Part shown: in pieces, positions 28,857 through 41,200 of the stretch
How the letters are laid out: each line of letters begins with the position of its first letter
Numbering within the stretch: position 1 is the stretch's first letter
Source of the DNA: Conidiobolus incongruus B7586
Taxonomy: Eukaryota
Length of the DNA: 64,000 nucleotides
Assembly: GCA_000697335.1 (NCBI GenBank)
Contig: JNEM01013522.1
Span: 1 to 64,000, forward strand
Reading direction: 5' to 3'
Program-made: the position numbers and the translations under genes
The notes under the pieces: model-generated
What the model was told of the DNA's origin: nothing
Seen by the model: the letters and a program-made list of their open reading frames with translations, nothing else
Database searches by the model: none

Positions 28857-29754
28857 TTACTATAGAATTAAAAAAATGGGAAATTTTTTAATTTCTGATA
28901 TTTCAAACTTATTATTAGTTTCAAATAAAAAAATATTTACAAAATAAATGAGAAAATATATAGTTTTGAATTATATATATATATATATATATATATATTT
29001 TATAATATAAATAAAGCATAAAAAAGTTAGAATAGCTATAGTTAAATAAAACTTATTAAGGTATAACTAGAAATTAAAACTTTTACAGTGAATTATTATA
29101 ATTCATAAACCTTAAATCTTTCTATATAATCCTTTATTAGAATATAAATCAAAATGTTAAATTAAGTTAAATTAACCTTGTTTATAAATTCTTTTAAATT
29201 AATATTATATTGATAAGTAAATATTAATTATTATAATCAATTATAATGTTATTTGCTATTTTTATTTAATTCTTAAAAGAAAAATAATTAATAATAAACT
29301 TTATTTTACTTTTTTACTTAAAATAATTTTTAATTATTATTATTAATATAATTTTAAAAAAACCTATTATTTTATATAATAATTATAAAATATATAAAGT
29401 TAAAACTATCAAAAACTTTCTAATCAAAAAAAAAACTAAAAAAATTATCATATTTAATATATATTTTAGATTATAACTTATGTGATTATAATTATTTTAA
29501 GTAATTAAAAAACTAGCCTATAAAAAAGAAAATTTCTATAGGAAAATTTAATTAATTTATAAAATATGAAATTTTATTCTTTAATAAAAAGAATTAGTTT
29601 TTAAGTGTTAATACTTTACTAAAAATATAGTAAAAAGTAATTAAATATAAAAAAAATTATTAATTACATATTATATATTTATTTTTATATATTATATATT
29701 AAAATATTTATTTTTTTCAATAATAAAAAATTTATATTATTTAAATTATTAGTA
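28857..29754 (+). mobile_element. Internally deleted, hypermutated mariner copy
   Basis: TA plus 5' TIR TTACTATAGAATTAAAAAAATGGGAAATTTTTT. After the (TA)n tract (28972-28998) it jumps to the KAQKKNRVAI-equivalent region. Degenerate 3' TIR at ~29720-29754. Confidence 0.8.
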
Positions 29755-31036
29755 CCAAAATTAAAAAATAATCAATTTTTTAATTTCTTATCTTTTAAAT
29801 ATATTATATATTTTGAAAGATCTTTGATATATAAAATATATAGGAAAATAAATTTTTTTAAACTATATATATATTTAATTTTAACTATTTTTTTATCAAA
29901 ATAATTTGATTTTAAAATTTATAATTAAATTTAATTATATTTAAACTAGATAATAATTATCAAAAGGCTTTTATTTTTATATCTTTAAAACTTAACTATA
30001 AACATTTTAAAACCATATAAAACTTACAAATAGCTTATAAAAATGGTGTTTTATTTTAAACTACCATATATTATTAAATTTATGATTTTAATGCTAGAAG
30101 GGACATTATTTAAAATTTATTAAAATTTCAAAATTAATTTCTACTATTTCTTTTTTATTTATAAATAGATTAAAAATGTATATTAACAAATATCTTTTTA
30201 TTTTTACTAAAGAAATATTAAAGTAATTTAATATTTATTATATAAGCATGTTATATTTACTAAAGTTTAAACTTAGTTTAATTAATAAAAATATAAAATA
30301 AATATATTATAATATAATAAAAACCTAAAAAAAAATTAAAATAGCTATAGTTAAACTAATATTATTAAGGTATAATTAAAAACAAAAGTTTTTACAATAA
30401 ATACTTATAATAAATAAATTTTAAATTTTTTTATATAATTTTTTACCTAAAAATAAAATAAAATATTAAGTTAAATTAATTTACTTTATAAATTTTAATG
30501 AATAAACATTTTGAATATAAGCAAATATTAACATTTATAATAGATTATAATGATATATAGTTTTTTTAATTAATTCATTAAAAAAATTAATTAATAGTAA
30601 ATTATACATTAATTTTTAAATAATACAATTTTTAAAGTATTCTTAATATAAATTAAAGACACTTATTATTTTACATAATAATTATAAAATATATAAAACT
30701 AAATCTATAAAAGATTTTTTATATAAAAAACTAAAGAGAGTTACTATATCTAATATATTTACTTGATTACAACCTATATGATTATAGTTATTGTAGATAA
30801 TTAAAAAACAGCTTGCAAGAAAAAAAAATTCCTGCAAACAAATTAATTTGGTTTGTAAAACATCAAATTTCAGTCTTTAATAAAAAAACTGTTTTTTAAG
30901 TATTAGAAGCTTACCAAAAGTATAGAAAAGAGTCATTAATAACAAAAGATGCTATTAATTTTATTTTTTAATTTATTTGTTGAATTTTAATTTCAAAATT
31001 GTGCCATTACTTAATTTCTGCACTAATACAAAGTAA
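29750..31036 (+). mobile_element. Near full-length hypermutated mariner copy, head-to-tail with the previous copy
   Basis: Transposase 5' end at ~29937 (ATG eroded to ATA). The 3' part (30800-30950) closely matches the revcomp of 11960-12100. Ends ...TACAAAGTAA followed by TA (31037-38). Confidence 0.85.
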
Positions 31037-31099
31037 TAATTTAAATCTCAATTACAATTTTTGATTTAAATTATATCTATTTTTTTTCAAATTTACAAT

Positions 31100-32446
31100 C
31101 CTAATTATAATGAATATTTGTCATTTTGTAAAGCCAAATATATTTTTAAGGTATTTAAATTGAGTATAATTTAGGCATTCTTTCTATTTTTTTCAGAAAT
31201 CTATTAATAAATACCATTTTACAAAGATCATATTTCAATAATGACATGAAATATAAATTTGTCAAGAAAATGATATGTATTTTTAGTAAACATCCTGGAT
31301 TATAAACCAATCTACAAATCAAAAAAAGCTTTCATTGTATCGTGCAACTATTGCAAAGTCGAGTTAGTAATAACAATTTATTAACTGTATTTTCAACTTT
31401 TTATGAATCAAGGTCGTTTAGATATTCAAAATTGATTGCATGAATGTCAAAGTTATCTGTCATTATATCAATCATACCTTATATCTTTAATACTACATAA
31501 AGAACCATAATTATTATTAATTTTACATTGTTTGACATACTTGGAACATTGGCATTTTTATGTATATACATAAAAATGTAGTACTATTGATTTCGACCTC
31601 TCCAATTGTTTTAAATTGATTGAAACTACGATAAATACCATTACTCAAACAATCTCGGATCATATATGTATTTAAGAGTTGGCATTGTCTATTTCTAACA
31701 GAAGAATTCAAATAGAAGCTGGCTGTATAATAACCAGATTCTGAGCCAATTATTCGTTATTAAAATTCCCTGTTTCTTTTTATTGCCTCTTCGATATCTA
31801 CCTCAAATTGAAGGATGTATTTTTAAACTAGCTCTGGTATTTTCTCGAATGTTACTCAATTTTTATCTACAAATCTTGACATTGAAAAGCTGGACACTCA
31901 TTTAACCCTAGTTATTGAAGAGGAAATTATTTTTGCAAGTTTGCAATCGATTGCACACTTTAATAATTTAATATTCTAGAATATTTTCAAATCCTAACAT
32001 CAAATATAGCTTCCCTACTCTCGCACTGATTTATGCAATACAATTTAATAGTCACATATCGCTTCATTTTCAGTACTTAAACAAATTTGCTTGGACTATC
32101 GTAGTCTAAAAGATTGATTTTGAGTATAGTGTTCCTCTATGCTTCCTTTCAAATTCCTCTTGCCGAATTTAACTAGTCTAAAATATTTGATTACTCACCA
32201 GATTGAAAAAGATACCTTGTTTAATTTTGATCTCAGTATTCATCCTCTATTCGAATGTATGCAACTCGAAAGCTTTAATGCCAAACAAAATAAATTTCTA
32301 ATTGACCACTTGTCTAATGATAAGAGTATTTCAATTGTCAAAAATCATAAGGAACCTAAATTACAAAAAAATAATATAGCATCTAGGAAAATTATCAATT
32401 GGAATATAGTAATTGGTCACGAATTAGTTCAATGATACAGATATAA
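31100..32446 (+). pseudogene. F-box/LRR pseudogene
   Basis: ORF piece 32139-32435 (LLPNLTSLKYL...NWNIVIGHELVQ*YR). Upstream part frameshifted. Confidence 0.75.
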
Positions 32447-33124
32447 TTGCTTCTTATAAACAACAAAATCTGATATTTATATATAAATATTATCATAAAC
32501 ATATCAAATAATAACTCTATATAAATAGTCAACCAACAATTTTTTCCAAACATATTTCATTTAAATCCAACTCAATTTGATTTAAGCCAGTAAGTCTAAT
32601 AATTTCAACAATTCTTTTAATTTATAATTATATTATATGGAAATATTAAATAATATTTGGACAATTATTATTATAAGTAATTAATATATTAATTTACAAC
32701 TTTACTTCATGAAACATATTATTTAATATTAATTTAAAATATTTTCTTAATTGTACTGTAAATCAAATCGTTATAAAACCAATATTTATAAGGAAAATAT
32801 ATATATTTAGGAAAAAATATTATGAAGACATAAATCGCATTGTAATAATTTTTTAAATTTATTACAATATCAAAAAATTCTTAGATTTTAATAGTTTGAT
32901 TTCAATAATACAATTTTACCTTTAAATACAATAAATACAACCTTATCCAGACTTTTGACATAGATCATAAAATTCGATGCAGAACAATGAAATATGATTA
33001 TTTAATTATTAAACTCATCCCACAAATCATTAAATTATTAATTGTAATATAAATTTGATTAGACACCAAGTCACAAAATTTAATCATCAATAACTTTGAA
33101 ATTCACTAAAGTTTTTGAATTAAT

Positions 33125-34548
33125 ATGGCCAGATCCCAAATTAATACAAATAATGAAAATAACTGCGAATTTTGGAAAAAATTATTGAAATTAAAACAAT
33201 TTCAACAGCTATTCGATCAAGAGGAATTGATTAAGTTGAGTACAATGTCCAAATTATTTCGACTAACATTAATTCCTATTATATTTCGAAATGTATACTT
33301 GATTAACGATCCACAATATTCTTTTGAGATACAATCAAAGCACAGTGATAGTAAATATGCTAAATATGCAAGATTGCCTGAAAGAAGACATAACGATTAT
33401 TACCTAAGAACCGCAAAGAGTCGGCTTCCCAGTAAGTCACTTAATAAATATATATATATATATATTTTTTACCAAGTTTAGAGTTACAAACAAAGCTTTG
33501 GGATTTTGAAAGATGTTTACATTTGTTTGAATCTCATCTCAATTCACTGACAATTCGACAGAAGGATAGTAGATGCCTAGAAAATATTCATAATCTTACA
33601 CAGTTGAAAGAATTACACTTATATAATATATATATTCGTAAAGAAGATTTTCTCAAGATTTTCAACTCCCTGATTCATTTAGAGTGGTTAACACTATCCT
33701 AAATTAATATAGTTTTCTCTGATCCTGATCAACTATATATCGAAGAGTTAACACTCCCAAATAGTATCAAAATTTTCCATTTGGAAGATTTGTACATAAT
33801 AGTTGATCTCCAATCCCATTCAATTATAAGTAACAATCGATTCCAGAATGATTCTCAGCCTCAAGTGCTACATCTTCGTCCTCAATATCTTCCTCAACTT
33901 TATGAATTCGTTTACAAACCTCTTCTCTTTAATGACCAATTCATTTGTGAATTTTTATCTTTAAACCCTCATATAAAAACTCTAAACACCCGTTTGGAGT
34001 TGAATAATCCAACGCACATAGATTTGCTCACAGGCTGCAGTCAATTAAAAACTTTGATATTCAATTATCAAACAAGATCTTTTGATCATAATAATGACTT
34101 CCACATTACTACTCTACCCTCAATTGATACGCTCGTATTTCTTAAGCACAATCGCGACGAATTCTCCAACTTGGAGAAATTATGTCTAGCTTGTCCAAAT
34201 TTAAAATTATTACATTTTGAGTGCTCCATCTATTCGATACAATCATTCAATTCTCTCATTCCAAAATTAACTAATTTAAAGTCTTTAATCATCTCTAAAG
34301 ATCATCTCCATAATTTCAACAATATTAAACTTCCCTGCCACACTTTGTTAGAGCTACTTCAACTGGAAGGCTTCAAAATTGGAGAAATCGATTTGAATCA
34401 ATTTGATAAATTACCAAATTTGAAACTGGTTAAAATTGCTAAAATATTTTGTGATGAGGATGCTGAGTTTTATCATTTAATATTAAATAGATTTCAGCAC
34501 TGGGATTGTTATATTGGTCACAGATGGATTAATTGCTACAGAATTTGA
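33125..34548 (+). pseudogene. F-box/LRR gene, 2 exons (33125-33431, 33482-34548), one premature TAA at 33700-33702
   Basis: 50-nt intron GTAAGT...TTTAG containing (TA)n. The spliced 457-codon frame is open except for one TAA, and ends HWDCYIGHRWINCYRI*. Confidence 0.85.
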
Positions 34549-36584
34549 ATTTTGCTATTCTAGAGTAGACTTATATGTTCAATTATCTCTTTTATTATAT
34601 TTAATAAAATATATTTGTTTGGATTTTGAATATATTTGAAATGATATTACAAAAATTATAATGACAAGAATATAATCACTTATAATGTTATTAACATTAT
34701 ATGAAATTTAATGAATAATCAGTTCTAACATATCAAATATAACTATGTATTATGTTGAAAATTAAAATATTTTATAGGATTCAAATTCAAATATTTCTAA
34801 TATTTACAATCTCGAAACACAATACTGTATATTAATTCTTCAATCAATTACAAAAGTATAAAAATTGGAAATATTTTTCATCTTGAACCTCAAAAATATG
34901 ATTGGTACTACAATTTTTAAAAAATCAAACTTCAAAAATTCACTCTATTACTAGATAAAATCATTAATATATAATATCAATATATTTATAATAGACAAAA
35001 AATCACCATAAATAATTATTAACTCATGTCAATGATATTGATATTATATAATAATAAATTAAAATTAAAATTTACAAAATAATATTTTATAAATAACTGA
35101 AGGTTTTTAAATTTTTGATTATATAATTTAATAAATAATTGATCTAAATATGGAAATATTAATTATTATGATTATAAACTTGAATTTTTAATTAATAAGC
35201 TTAATATTACAAAAAGAATTAGATTTTTAGACATTATTGAAATTGAATAATAATTGTTTAAGTTTTAAACTTTAATTATAACAATTGGGAACTATATAAT
35301 AATTAGACAATTAATCAGTATTCACTATTATTTTTGGAAATTAATACATTTTTCATTTGTTGAATTAAGAAATTTGGTGAAATTTGAGTCAATATCATGA
35401 TTATACAAATTAACTTGTCCCGTTAATTTTTAGAAATGTATCTTTTAATAAGGACATGGGATATATATTTTATGAAAAAATAATATTAATGCTTACAGTA
35501 GAATATTTTTTATAAACCACAATTATAAAAATATTTTTATGCAATACATTTAAACGGTTATGTATCATATAATAATTCATATTCATTAAATATTGATTTT
35601 AAGTTTCAAAGAAATTCTAACAAAAACTAAATTGGCTAATTATTGTGTAATTTCAGATTTTACTACAATTGATATAAGTGAATTTATTAAAATAACATAT
35701 TATGTGAAACATTCAATATTAATTGTTAACTAATTTACAAATAACAATTCGCGGCAAAGGGTTAATAAACTGTATTAATAAAAATGATTTAGCTAATTCA
35801 AAGCTGGAAGACCCAATATACAACACCTACCTTATTTAAGCCAACTTTAAATTTTAATAAACCAACGAAATATTAAAAAAATTAAGTAATATTTTAATTA
35901 TCACTTATAACCCTCAGTAAAAAAACTAAAACAGTTTCTTTATTTTGATATTAATTATACCATATATTTTAACAAAAGGAAAGAGAAATTAATTTAAATT
36001 TGGAAATAGAGGTATTTTATATTTTTATATAAAATTTAATAAATAGAAGAAAATTTATTCAATATAGATTTATACGATTATAATGTTTATCTTAATATAT
36101 TAGAAAGCTAACAAAATTTGTAAAGCATAAATTACAATATGTAATGTATTATCAAATATAAAAGGAAAACTTGGGTTTTAAAATTACAAATAACATCAAT
36201 ACCTAAGTAAGCATTATTCAAAAAACAATTTTTGTTATTTGGTATAGGTATCAATAATGTCATATTTTATCAACTATTAATGATAAAATTAATAGTGATA
36301 ATGATATATAATATAGATTTTGGAAAAATAACGTTACTAATTATTGTAAAGCAATTACATTTAAAAAACCTTTTATTTTATATAATAATAACTATATAAT
36401 CATATCCAAAATCATTAAAAATTTGTTTATTATAAAGAATAGGTCTTTATTATGCCACCTACCATAATAATCATATAAGAACCCACCTGATTATGTTTGT
36501 TTTGGTAAGCTGAAGAAATTGGTTCTGGGAAAGAGATTTGATAACATTTCAACTTTGCACTTTAAAATCATGCGTGTGATTTTG

Positions 36585-37971
36585 AATATGAATTTTAAAA
36601 AACTATGTAAAGGGTTAAGTAATTACCATTTGTATGGAATTGTGCTATTAAAAAGGAGAAGTATATTAATTATTACTTTTATAATTTTCATTAACCTCCT
36701 ATAGTTCATTAAAATAAAAATTCAAAATTACCAAACATTGTAAAGGACTATATTTGACTGATTAATGCAACGCACTAAACTTCAATATATTTTAGAGATT
36801 CAATCCAAGAAAATATACTAAAATGTAATTGTTTTAGAAGCTGAAACAAGGTATGACTAACAATTTGATTTCCAAATAATAGAAACTCTATTTATACACT
36901 AAATATAGATAAACAAAGACAGTTTGAAGATTCCCAAATATACATATTTCTATATCTACCTTGTTTGATTACATTATCCATTCGACAAATGAATAAACAA
37001 TGTTTAGGGAATATTAACCTCTGCGAACATATCAATCATATGAACTTTACATAAGGTAATTAGATCTAAAAATAAATTCCTTGAAATTATGGTATCACTT
37101 ACAACTTTGGAACCTTTGTTATTATTACATATTTAAGTCATGAAATAGTCTACTAATCCAGTATTGATGTAAGAGTTAACATTTCCCAATTCTCTAAGAT
37201 CACTGTATTTGGAGCAATGTTTCTTGATTGGGAATCATATTCTAGTCGGATTTCATCTAACCGATATTGCTAAACTATAATGTCTCAGTCCCAACCCTTG
37301 CTCTTTCCTCTTCTATATCTACCTCAACTTTGATAGCTCATATATACACCTATCATGCGTAACCTTTCTATCATGACCTAATTTTTATCTCTCAATCCTC
37401 AAGTTTTCAAACTTAATACCAATTTGACCTCAATTAATGATACACATTCAGCCAATAGAAGTTTGCAATCATTCAAAGATTATTATATTCAATTATCTAG
37501 TGCCATCAGTTCTCTTTAAAAATCATTATTTCTCTTCTTTCCAACGCATCTCCTCCTTGAAATCCATCAATCAAGATAAATGCCCTCATCTTTAATACTT
37601 TTGAAAGAATAATTTAGCTTGTTCTAATCAAGAAAAGCCCATTTCAATAAAATGATTGGTGCATGATATCTTTTTGACCACTGTTATCAACATTGACAAG
37701 TGTAAAAGCTTTACAAATCAAAAAAGATCTAACCTTTAACTCTTAAATTTTATTATTGAGCCCATAAAAAATTAGAGTATATTCAACTCGAAGTACACAA
37801 TGTCAAAGAAATCGATTTAAATTAATTTTATCAATTCTCAAATCTTAAGCATATCTCAATTGTAAAATGTCAAAAAGATTTTAATAAACGTTTATACCGC
37901 ACCATACTTAACAAGTTTTCTGATTGGGATACTATAATGTGCCACGAATTGGTACGTTATGATCTAATTAA
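36585..37971 (+). pseudogene. F-box/LRR pseudogene
   Basis: IRQMNKQCLGNI (~36980), FLSLNPQV (~37382) and terminal DW...CHELVRYDLI*. Many stops. Confidence 0.75.
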
Positions 37972-38798
37972 AGATTGTATTCTTCCTTTTTAATTTTATC
38001 GTTATCATTAAAATATTTAAAATATTTAAAATGTTTATTAAATGTTCCTAATCAAATGGCTAGTAATTCACACTGACAATTATTATAAATTAATTCATTT
38101 CAACAAATATCTTATCTATTCATATAAATTTTTCGAATCACATATTTTCAATTTATCATTATTTAAATTCTGATCCAAAACTACTTCAATATTGAACTTG
38201 TATTAAGGTATAATATGAATTCAATTAAGAATTATTATTAAATTTTATCTGAAAATTTATATAAATTTAAATCATTGATTATGATATAGTCATATTCTCC
38301 TAATTTTCCTCTGTTGTTCAATTTTATGATAATATGTGAGAATTTTTTCTATAAAAAATAATCATAATAATACTTACATACCCAATCTGTCAAATTATAT
38401 ATAATCACATTATTTTTTGCAATTTATAAAGGTATTTGACAATTGAGACAATTCGAGGTAATTTCAGAGGAGTTGAATTATATGGAAATTGATTTAAAGA
38501 CTTTTGAGTTAATATTGCTCAAATTTATATTTTTATAGAGAGAAAGCCTTGATATAGTTTCAGATTTGATATAAATCATAAATATATTAAATATAATTTA
38601 TAAATTTATAACTTGATAAAATATAAGATTCCAATTATTTTCAACATATTCTATAAAATTTGAATCCCATAATTATTAAATTGAAAGTATTTAAATATAA
38701 ATTTCGATTCATAGTCACTTTTTTATTGATTTTTAAATTATTAAAGATTAATTCAAAATTTTTTTATTAATTGAATTTTTCTATTTTTTTTGAAATTA

Positions 38799-40244
38799 AT
38801 GTCTATAAATGAAAGTATCAGCATTTTACACTCCCATAAAAATAATGATTTTTTGTTATTATTATTTGAATTAGACGAATTTTTAAAATACTTAAATCAA
38901 GAAGAATTAGTTCAACTGAGTGCAGTTAACAAATTATTTCGAAATTTATTAATTCCCAAAATTTTTCAAAGGGTGTACTTTAATAATGATCCGGAATATT
39001 CTTTTCATAGAAAAATCAAATTGAATTATTACAAATATGCTAAATTGGATCCACTTCGTAGGAAACAAATTTATATTCATTTTGTTAGACATTTCCAAAG
39101 TAAAATCCCTGGTAAATTGATACATAGTCTTATTAGATTTTTATGTATTAACTTATAAATATTAGATATCCCTAATCAATTTGGTGAATTTAAACGATAT
39201 TTACCATTATATCAAACTTATTTAAACTCTTTAACAATTAGACAAAGAGATAAGCAGTGTTTAGATAATATTCAACTATTTCCATATTTGAAACATTTAC
39301 ATTTGTATAACGTCTTTATTCGTAAAAAAGGGTTCCTAACTATTATGACAGCTTCTTCCCCTTTAGAATCTTTGACATTATTCCATATAAATATAGTGCA
39401 CTCGTCTTTTGATCCATTGCCAATGCAAGAATTAACACTCCCAAACTCCATAAGAAAACTGCATCTAGAAAATTGTTATTTGATTTCTGAAATGAATTCG
39501 AATATAGCTATTAGTGGCCACGATCATTTCTTTAATCTTTCTCAATCTCGATCCCTACTTATTCCTCCACAATCTTTACCTCATCTTATGGAATTGACGT
39601 ACAAAACTCTTCGTAATAATACAGCTATCATCACTGAATTTTTAACTCTCAATGCCCATATCAACATAGTCGACACTTATTTACCAGTGATCAACAACCA
39701 GCACATTGAATTTTTGAAAGCTTGCTGTGGATTAAAATCTCTCAAATTTCACTGCGATACTATCTCCCTCGAAAATTTGTCCCTATACACTTTTCCCACC
39801 CTAACTAGGATCAGCTCTTTGATATTTACTAGAAATCACAGAGATCACTTTCCATACTTTGAAAAATTATGCTCATCTTGTCCCAATTTGAGCCAATTGG
39901 AATTTGATTATAGTTTGCAATGGATGCAATCGTTCAATTTACTAATATCAGAATTACCAAATCTTAAATTTTTGACTATTAACAAAGAATCGACCGATAA
40001 TTTCGTTAGTTTTAATTTCACTAAGCATCACCAATTAGAGCATATCGAGCTTAATGGTTTTCATATCAATCAAATCAATCTAACAGAATTTGAAAATTTG
40101 TCAAACTTAAAGTATATTACAATTGTAAAAAGTTACAAGGATCCAGGCATTCATTTAGATGATTCGATTTTCTCTAAGTTTAACAATTGGAAATGTTTGG
40201 TGAGTCACAAATCAGTTTATTGTTTTAGAATTGGATCACTTTAA
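38799..40244 (+). CDS. F-box-like/RNI-like LRR protein, 2 exons (38799-39111, 39166-40244), 463 aa, intact
   Basis: 54-nt phase-1 intron GTAAAT...ATTAG (39112-39165). The spliced frame is open to NWKCLVSHKSVYCFRIGSL*. Confidence 0.9.
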
Positions 40245-40550
40245 ACTGGATTATATCATCTCATTATTCACTCTAAATATTATCAACAGTCCATCAATAT
40301 TTGAAATCTCTACATTAAGATTAGGTATCGAACATTGATTTTTTAACTAATGATTGCTATGTATATTTGATTTATAATTAACAAAAATCGAAATTAGTTT
40401 ATTTCATATATGTTATATTCTTTTGAAAATCATATGAATCAATATTAAAAACTACTACATAGTAAATAAATTTCTACTATTAATTATTGAATTTGTAATC
40501 ACTTTGATACATTTTTAATACTAATGAATTTCAGCATAACTAATACATAT

Positions 40551-40884
40551 TGACACTGGCTGGGAAATCAAGTGTCCAATAACTTTTAAGTAAATAGTTG
40601 TCTTCCGGAACGGCACCTGTTTGATGATATAAAAGGGGTAATTTATTGTTTAACCTGGATTATTGGGCTGTACCATAGGAAGAGGACCGACGCGATAACT
40701 TGGTTGTAGTCGGCATATTTATAGTTTTCTTGACGTGTCTTCCCAGCGTACGAACCGTACGTCGGATGGAACGATTGATTGCATTGCTGGGGTGTATTTT
40801 GTGGTCACGTTGCAGGTGGATCTGTGACGGGGTTCTCGAATGAATTGAATTGTTAAGGACGAACGGGTCCTCCGGCCCGTGACA
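40551..40884 (-). mobile_element. Solo LTR (334 bp) of an LTR retrotransposon
   Basis: Sharp GC-rich island bounded by TG...CA (TGACA at both ends) with ATAT on both flanks (candidate 4-bp TSD). On the minus strand a TATAAAA (~40723-40717) precedes AATAAA (~40647-40642). Confidence 0.75.
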
Positions 40885-41049
40885 ATATATAAATTCCTTA
40901 ACTCAATCCATTATCAAATCTTTTGGTATTCATTTATATAATATCAAGACATAATTTTATTTTTTGTTCTTATGATTTAAATTATTTTGAAATATACTAA
41001 AAAATTTAAATTGTAATAAAGTTGCAATGTTTAAGAATTACTATACATT

Positions 41050-41200
41050 AACCAACAGAGATTAAAATAATCCAATTGGGAATGAGCTTGTTCAATTGCA
41101 AGAATATTAATTATTTAAATCAATCAAATTTAATTCAGCTGTCATATGTATTCAATCTACAGAGTGGTTCAAAAATTAAGTTTGATAATTATAAATTCTT
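41050..41200 (+). pseudogene. F-box-motif fragment
   Basis: With two small frameshifts it reads NW-NELVQLQEY-NYLNQSNLIQLSYVF. Confidence 0.5.

Noticed and set aside
3926..32435. TGA at conserved Trp/Cys positions (3926, 16333, 32433) suggesting TGA recoding or selenocysteine
   Set aside because: TGA is the normal terminator at 22154, 26359 and 34546, and every locus with such an internal TGA has other stops or frameshifts.
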